DNA of 64,000 nucleotides from Deltaproteobacteria bacterium (GTDB lineage Bacteria; Bdellovibrionota_B; Oligoflexia; Oligoflexales; Bog-1112): NCBI GenBank assembly GCA_947475005.1, contig CANJLI010000004.1, positions 1,942 to 65,941 of the forward strand, read 5' to 3'. Shown piece by piece: positions 60,958 to 64,000 of this stretch (position 1 is its first letter; each line of letters starts with the position of its first letter). The notes under the pieces were generated by a model. It saw only the letters and a program-made list of their open reading frames with translations, ran no database searches and was not told where the DNA came from. The position numbers and the translations under genes were made by a program.

Positions 60958-62916
60958 TTACATGTCATCTTCCGCGGAAGCGGCCCTGATTGTATCAAGT
61001 GTTGCCAAATCTTCAAGCGTACTTACGTCCCCCGTAATCTGGCGACCCGCAGCGAGGTCCCGCAACAGACGGCGCATAATTTTGCCAGACCTGGTTTTGG
61101 GCAAGGCCTGTACAAATCGAATTTCCTCGGGACGAGCCAATGCTCCAATTTGATCAACCACATGAATTTTAAGTTCTTTTAGAAGCTCTTCTCCAGGGAT
61201 TGCATCTCCTTTTAGTGTAACAAAACAGCAGATTGCCTCTCCGCGTACCTCATCGGGTTTTCCCACTACAGCAGCTTCCGCCACGCTGGGATGACTTACC
61301 AAAGCACTCTCGATTTCCATGGTGCTTAATCGATGACCTGCCACGTTCAGCACATCGTCGACCCGTCCCAGAATCCAGTAGTCGCCATCTGAATCCCGCC
61401 GAGCGCCATCTCCTGTGAAGTAGACTTCTCCTGGTATAACTTTGCAATATTGATCGAGAAAACGCTCATGATCGCCATGAATGGTGCGTAACATGCTGGG
61501 CCAAGGCTGGCGGATAACAAGCAGTCCCCCCTCATTATCCCCGAGAGAATGTCCCTGGCGGTCCACGATATCAGGCACGATGCCAAAGAAGGGACGGGTG
61601 GCGCACCCAGGCTTGGTGGAAATAGCCCCAGGCAAGGGGGCAATCATAATGGCCCCAGTTTCCGTCTGCCACCACGTGTCCACGATGGGGCAACGTGTTT
61701 TTCCAATTTTCTCGTGAAACCACAACCAGGCCTTGGGATTGATGGGCTCTCCCACAGTGCCCAAGAGGCGCAAGGAGGAGAGATCATACTGCGCAGGCCA
61801 CGCATCCCCCTGTTGCATGAGGCTTCGGATCGCGGTAGGCGCCGTATAAAATTGGGTTACCCCATGTTTTTCAATTATCTTCCAAAACCGTCCCCAATCG
61901 GGGAAGTTGGGAGCGCCCTCGTAGAGCACCACCGTGGTGCCATTGCAAAGGGGGCCGTAGATGACATAGCTGTGCCCCGTAATCCAACCCACATCTGCCG
62001 TACACCAATAGCGGTCAGTGGGCTTGAGATCAAAGATGTAGCGATGGGTGAGTGCGGTGCCCAGCAAATACCCCGCAGTGGTATGCACGATGCCTTTTGG
62101 TTTCCCCGTACTGCCAGAGGTATAGAGCAGGAACAGAGGATGTTCAGACTCCACACTCACAGGCACACACACCTCCGACTGCGAAGGCACGAGGTCATGC
62201 CACCACAGGTCTCTACCGGGCTCCATGGCAATGGGAGCCCCTGTACGGCGATAGACCAGCACATTCTTAACCGAACTCACGCCACGCAAACTCTGATCCA
62301 CCGTCTCTTTGAGAGGCACAATAGCGCCGCGGCGATATAACCCATCGGCGGTGATCAGCAGCTTGGCCTTTGCATCCTCATTGCGATTGCGCAACGCCTC
62401 CGCACTAAATCCCGCAAAGACCACACTGTGCATCACTCCCAAGCGCGCACAAGCCAACACTGCGATCACCAACTCCGGCACCATGGGCATATAGATAGAG
62501 ACCACATCCCCTTTTTGAATCCCCAAACTTTGCAATGCGTTGGCTACTTTGCACACCTCGCGATGGAGCTGGCGATAAGTAAGCTCGCGCACTTCTCCCG
62601 GCTCTCCCTCTGCGATCAATGCGACTTTATCGCCCTGGGTATCCAGATGGCGATCTAAGCAGTTCACGCTGGCATTGAGCTGCCCTCCTACAAACCACTG
62701 GCTCTCCATCCCCTTATTGAGCAAGGTCTCTTGCCAGGGACGGTCCCATGTAAGTACCGAGGCCGCTTGCTCTGCCCAAAACAAATCGGGATGGGCTTTG
62801 GCATGCTCCCAAAGGGCTTCATACTCTTCTACGCTTTTGATATGAGCCTGAGATTGAAAGGCCGTAGGGGGAGGAAACGAACGAATCTCTTGCAGGATAC
62901 TGGTAATATGCGTCAT
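60958..62916 (-). CDS. acs: Acetyl-CoA synthetase
   Basis: ORF 60958..62931. I prefer ATG 62916 because of a GAGGG upstream. It has [18 protein letters not shown] and a C-terminal SGKIMRR. Confidence 0.95.
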   Translation of the reverse strand: MTHITSILQEIRSFPPPTAFQSQAHIKSVEEYEALWEHAKAHPDLFWAEQAASVLTWDRPWQETLLNKGMESQWFVGGQLNASVNCLDRHLDTQGDKVALIAEGEPGEVRELTYRQLHREVCKVANALQSLGIQKGDVVSIYMPMVPELVIAVLACARLGVMHSVVFAGFSAEALRNRNEDAKAKLLITADGLYRRGAIVPLKETVDQSLRGVSSVKNVLVYRRTGAPIAMEPGRDLWWHDLVPSQSEVCVPVSVESEHPLFLLYTSGSTGKPKGIVHTTAGYLLGTALTHRYIFDLKPTDRYWCTADVGWITGHSYVIYGPLCNGTTVVLYEGAPNFPDWGRFWKIIEKHGVTQFYTAPTAIRSLMQQGDAWPAQYDLSSLRLLGTVGEPINPKAWLWFHEKIGKTRCPIVDTWWQTETGAIMIAPLPGAISTKPGCATRPFFGIVPDIVDRQGHSLGDNEGGLLVIRQPWPSMLRTIHGDHERFLDQYCKVIPGEVYFTGDGARRDSDGDYWILGRVDDVLNVAGHRLSTMEIESALVSHPSVAEAAVVGKPDEVRGEAICCFVTLKGDAIPGEELLKELKIHVVDQIGALARPEEIRFVQALPKTRSGKIMRRLLRDLAAGRQITGDVSTLEDLATLDTIRAASAEDDM

Positions 62917-62992
62917 GGAGGGAGCCCTCATCGGTTACAATGAAAGCTCCCATCCTCTCACATTTATTTCGATCGGGGAATCATCCGGCGAA

Positions 62993-63205
62993 TTACTTGC
63001 CTACGCAGCACTTGCACATGCCTTTGCCGCACATTTTTTTAAGCCCCAACAAGATAAGAAGGGCTGGCCAAATTTTGGCAACCAAATGGCTATCGATCCA
63101 TTCCATATTGCCAGCCAACAAGGTAACCCCGATCAACGTAAGCAAAATTCCTGGCATCTTGTGACACATGCATCCACATCCACATCCATGATCTGTGCAG
63201 TTCAT
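62993..63205 (-). CDS. Small membrane protein with Cys-rich termini (DUF5668/LiaF-N-like core)
   Basis: It has a strong AAAGGAG RBS. The N-terminus is CTDHGCGCGCMCH, two TM helices follow (GILLTLIGVTLLAG, IWPALLILLGL), and the C-terminus is CGKGMCKCCVGK. Confidence 0.7.
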   Translation of the reverse strand: MNCTDHGCGCGCMCHKMPGILLTLIGVTLLAGNMEWIDSHLVAKIWPALLILLGLKKMCGKGMCKCCVGK

Positions 63206-63301
63206 CCTAACTCCTTTGAATAGATTATGATGTCTGCAATTATATCATAAGAGGCAAACTGGAAAAGAATGCTGCTTTTTCAACTGTTCTACATAAAAGA
63301 T

Positions 63302-63423
63302 CCGTCATGCCCAGGCCGCCTCGGCCGTATGGGCATCTGCCACAATCGAGGGGGGGATCCCCGACGCGCCCTTCAGGCGCTGGGGATGACGGAAATTACA
63401 CCAAGGAACCTCAGGATGACGGA
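63302..63423. repeat. Diverged A-family-like element plus partial copy
   Basis: CCGTCATGCCCAGG-GCCGCCTCGGC-...-GCGCCCTTCAGGCGC-TGGGGATGACGG keeps the outer stem and two mini-hairpins. A further ..CAGGATGACGG follows downstream. Confidence 0.6.
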
Positions 63424-63460
63424 AACGGAATGCCACAGAGGCCTAGAAGAAAAGAAAAAC

Positions 63461-64000
63461 TTATTTCGCACTCAATGCCGTATGCACCGCTTTTTCGGCA
63501 GCCTCAAACACAGCTAGCTCTTCTTGATATGGAAGCTTGGCTCCGTCGGGTATCACCACTCGAAAGTCAGATGGGATTCCATAGCCTTCTCGATAGATAC
63601 CCACCTCTTTCGTCAATCTGCGCATATCACTGCTGTATTTTACCCCAAGACGATGAGTCTCTTTCACCTGTCTTGCACGCGATACTTCTTCTTCTACATG
63701 ACGCCAGGCCATTTTATCCAGATACTTCAGATCGGATTTCATATGTTTCTTGTACCAAGCCATTCGACTTTGAGGCGCAAGTCCGATCAGTTTAGTGGCA
63801 TACTTCTTTTTCTTATCGGTACCCATAGCCAGCTCGAGACGTTTTTCAATTTTCTCTACTGCACTTGTATATACATGGATCGGTTTTGGATCGATCAAGT
63901 TTTCTTTGATCAATACCTCTTTTAGCTTCATCGGCATAATGGGATATTGCGAAGCAAAATGATGAACACCCAGAATTGATTTGAGAATATCACGAGCTTC
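63461..64000 (-). CDS. Hypothetical protein, possibly 5-prime partial (frame open to the window edge)
   Basis: The ORF track gives 63461..63937. By my reading, the same frame continues without a stop to base 64000 (..EARDILKSILGVHHFASQYPIMPMKLKEV). I recognise no motif. Confidence 0.55.
   Translation of the reverse strand, partial: EARDILKSILGVHHFASQYPIMPMKLKEVLIKENLIDPKPIHVYTSAVEKIEKRLELAMGTDKKKKYATKLIGLAPQSRMAWYKKHMKSDLKYLDKMAWRHVEEEVSRARQVKETHRLGVKYSSDMRRLTKEVGIYREGYGIPSDFRVVIPDGAKLPYQEELAVFEAAEKAVHTALSAK

Overview
This is a bacterial chromosomal window with roughly 55 protein-coding genes. I saw no rRNA, tRNA or CRISPR array. The lineage cannot be named from the sequence alone, although the envelope and respiratory genes are Gram-negative in type. 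The backbone comprises dsbD followed by a patatin-like lipase (1-3.2 kb), an orphan rplX, an S46 dipeptidyl-peptidase, a di-haem cytochrome c peroxidase and a caa3-type cytochrome oxidase operon ctaCDEF (13.0-16.9 kb). A tightly coupled nine-gene purine operon, purL-purM-purQ(SS)-purC-purF-purD-purN-purH-purE, lies on the minus strand (21.5-33.0 kb). The rest of the backbone is a UbiA-like prenyltransferase, a tetra-haem cytochrome, dnaK, hemW, ubiE, greA, an ABC-2 exporter, thiolase, comF, hisC, trmL, a CPBP protease and acs. Interleaved are visibly AT-richer accessory genes, several of which look eukaryote-directed. These are a secreted mini-RBR (RING-IBR-Rcat) E3-ligase-like protein (10.3-11.0 kb), two tandem signal-peptide proteins with bZIP basic-region/leucine-zipper motifs (57.8-58.7 kb), a Fic AMPylase with an inhibitory motif, a secreted HExxH protein, and a lipoprotein pair with protein-kinase-like motif order. 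Four small secreted paralogues, each with its own conserved promoter, form a tandem array at 16.9-19.4 kb. Many intergenic gaps carry one of three families of structured palindromic repeats: A is a 90-bp four-helix element, B is a roughly 76-bp long hairpin with compensatory arm changes, and C is a set of GGGGACAC...GTGTCCCC hairpins. Family B brackets a REP-associated tyrosine transposase (RAYT) gene at 34.1-34.9 kb. By inference, this combination suggests a host-associated or predatory bacterium with a REPIN/RAYT-type repeat system and a set of eukaryote-mimicking secreted proteins.
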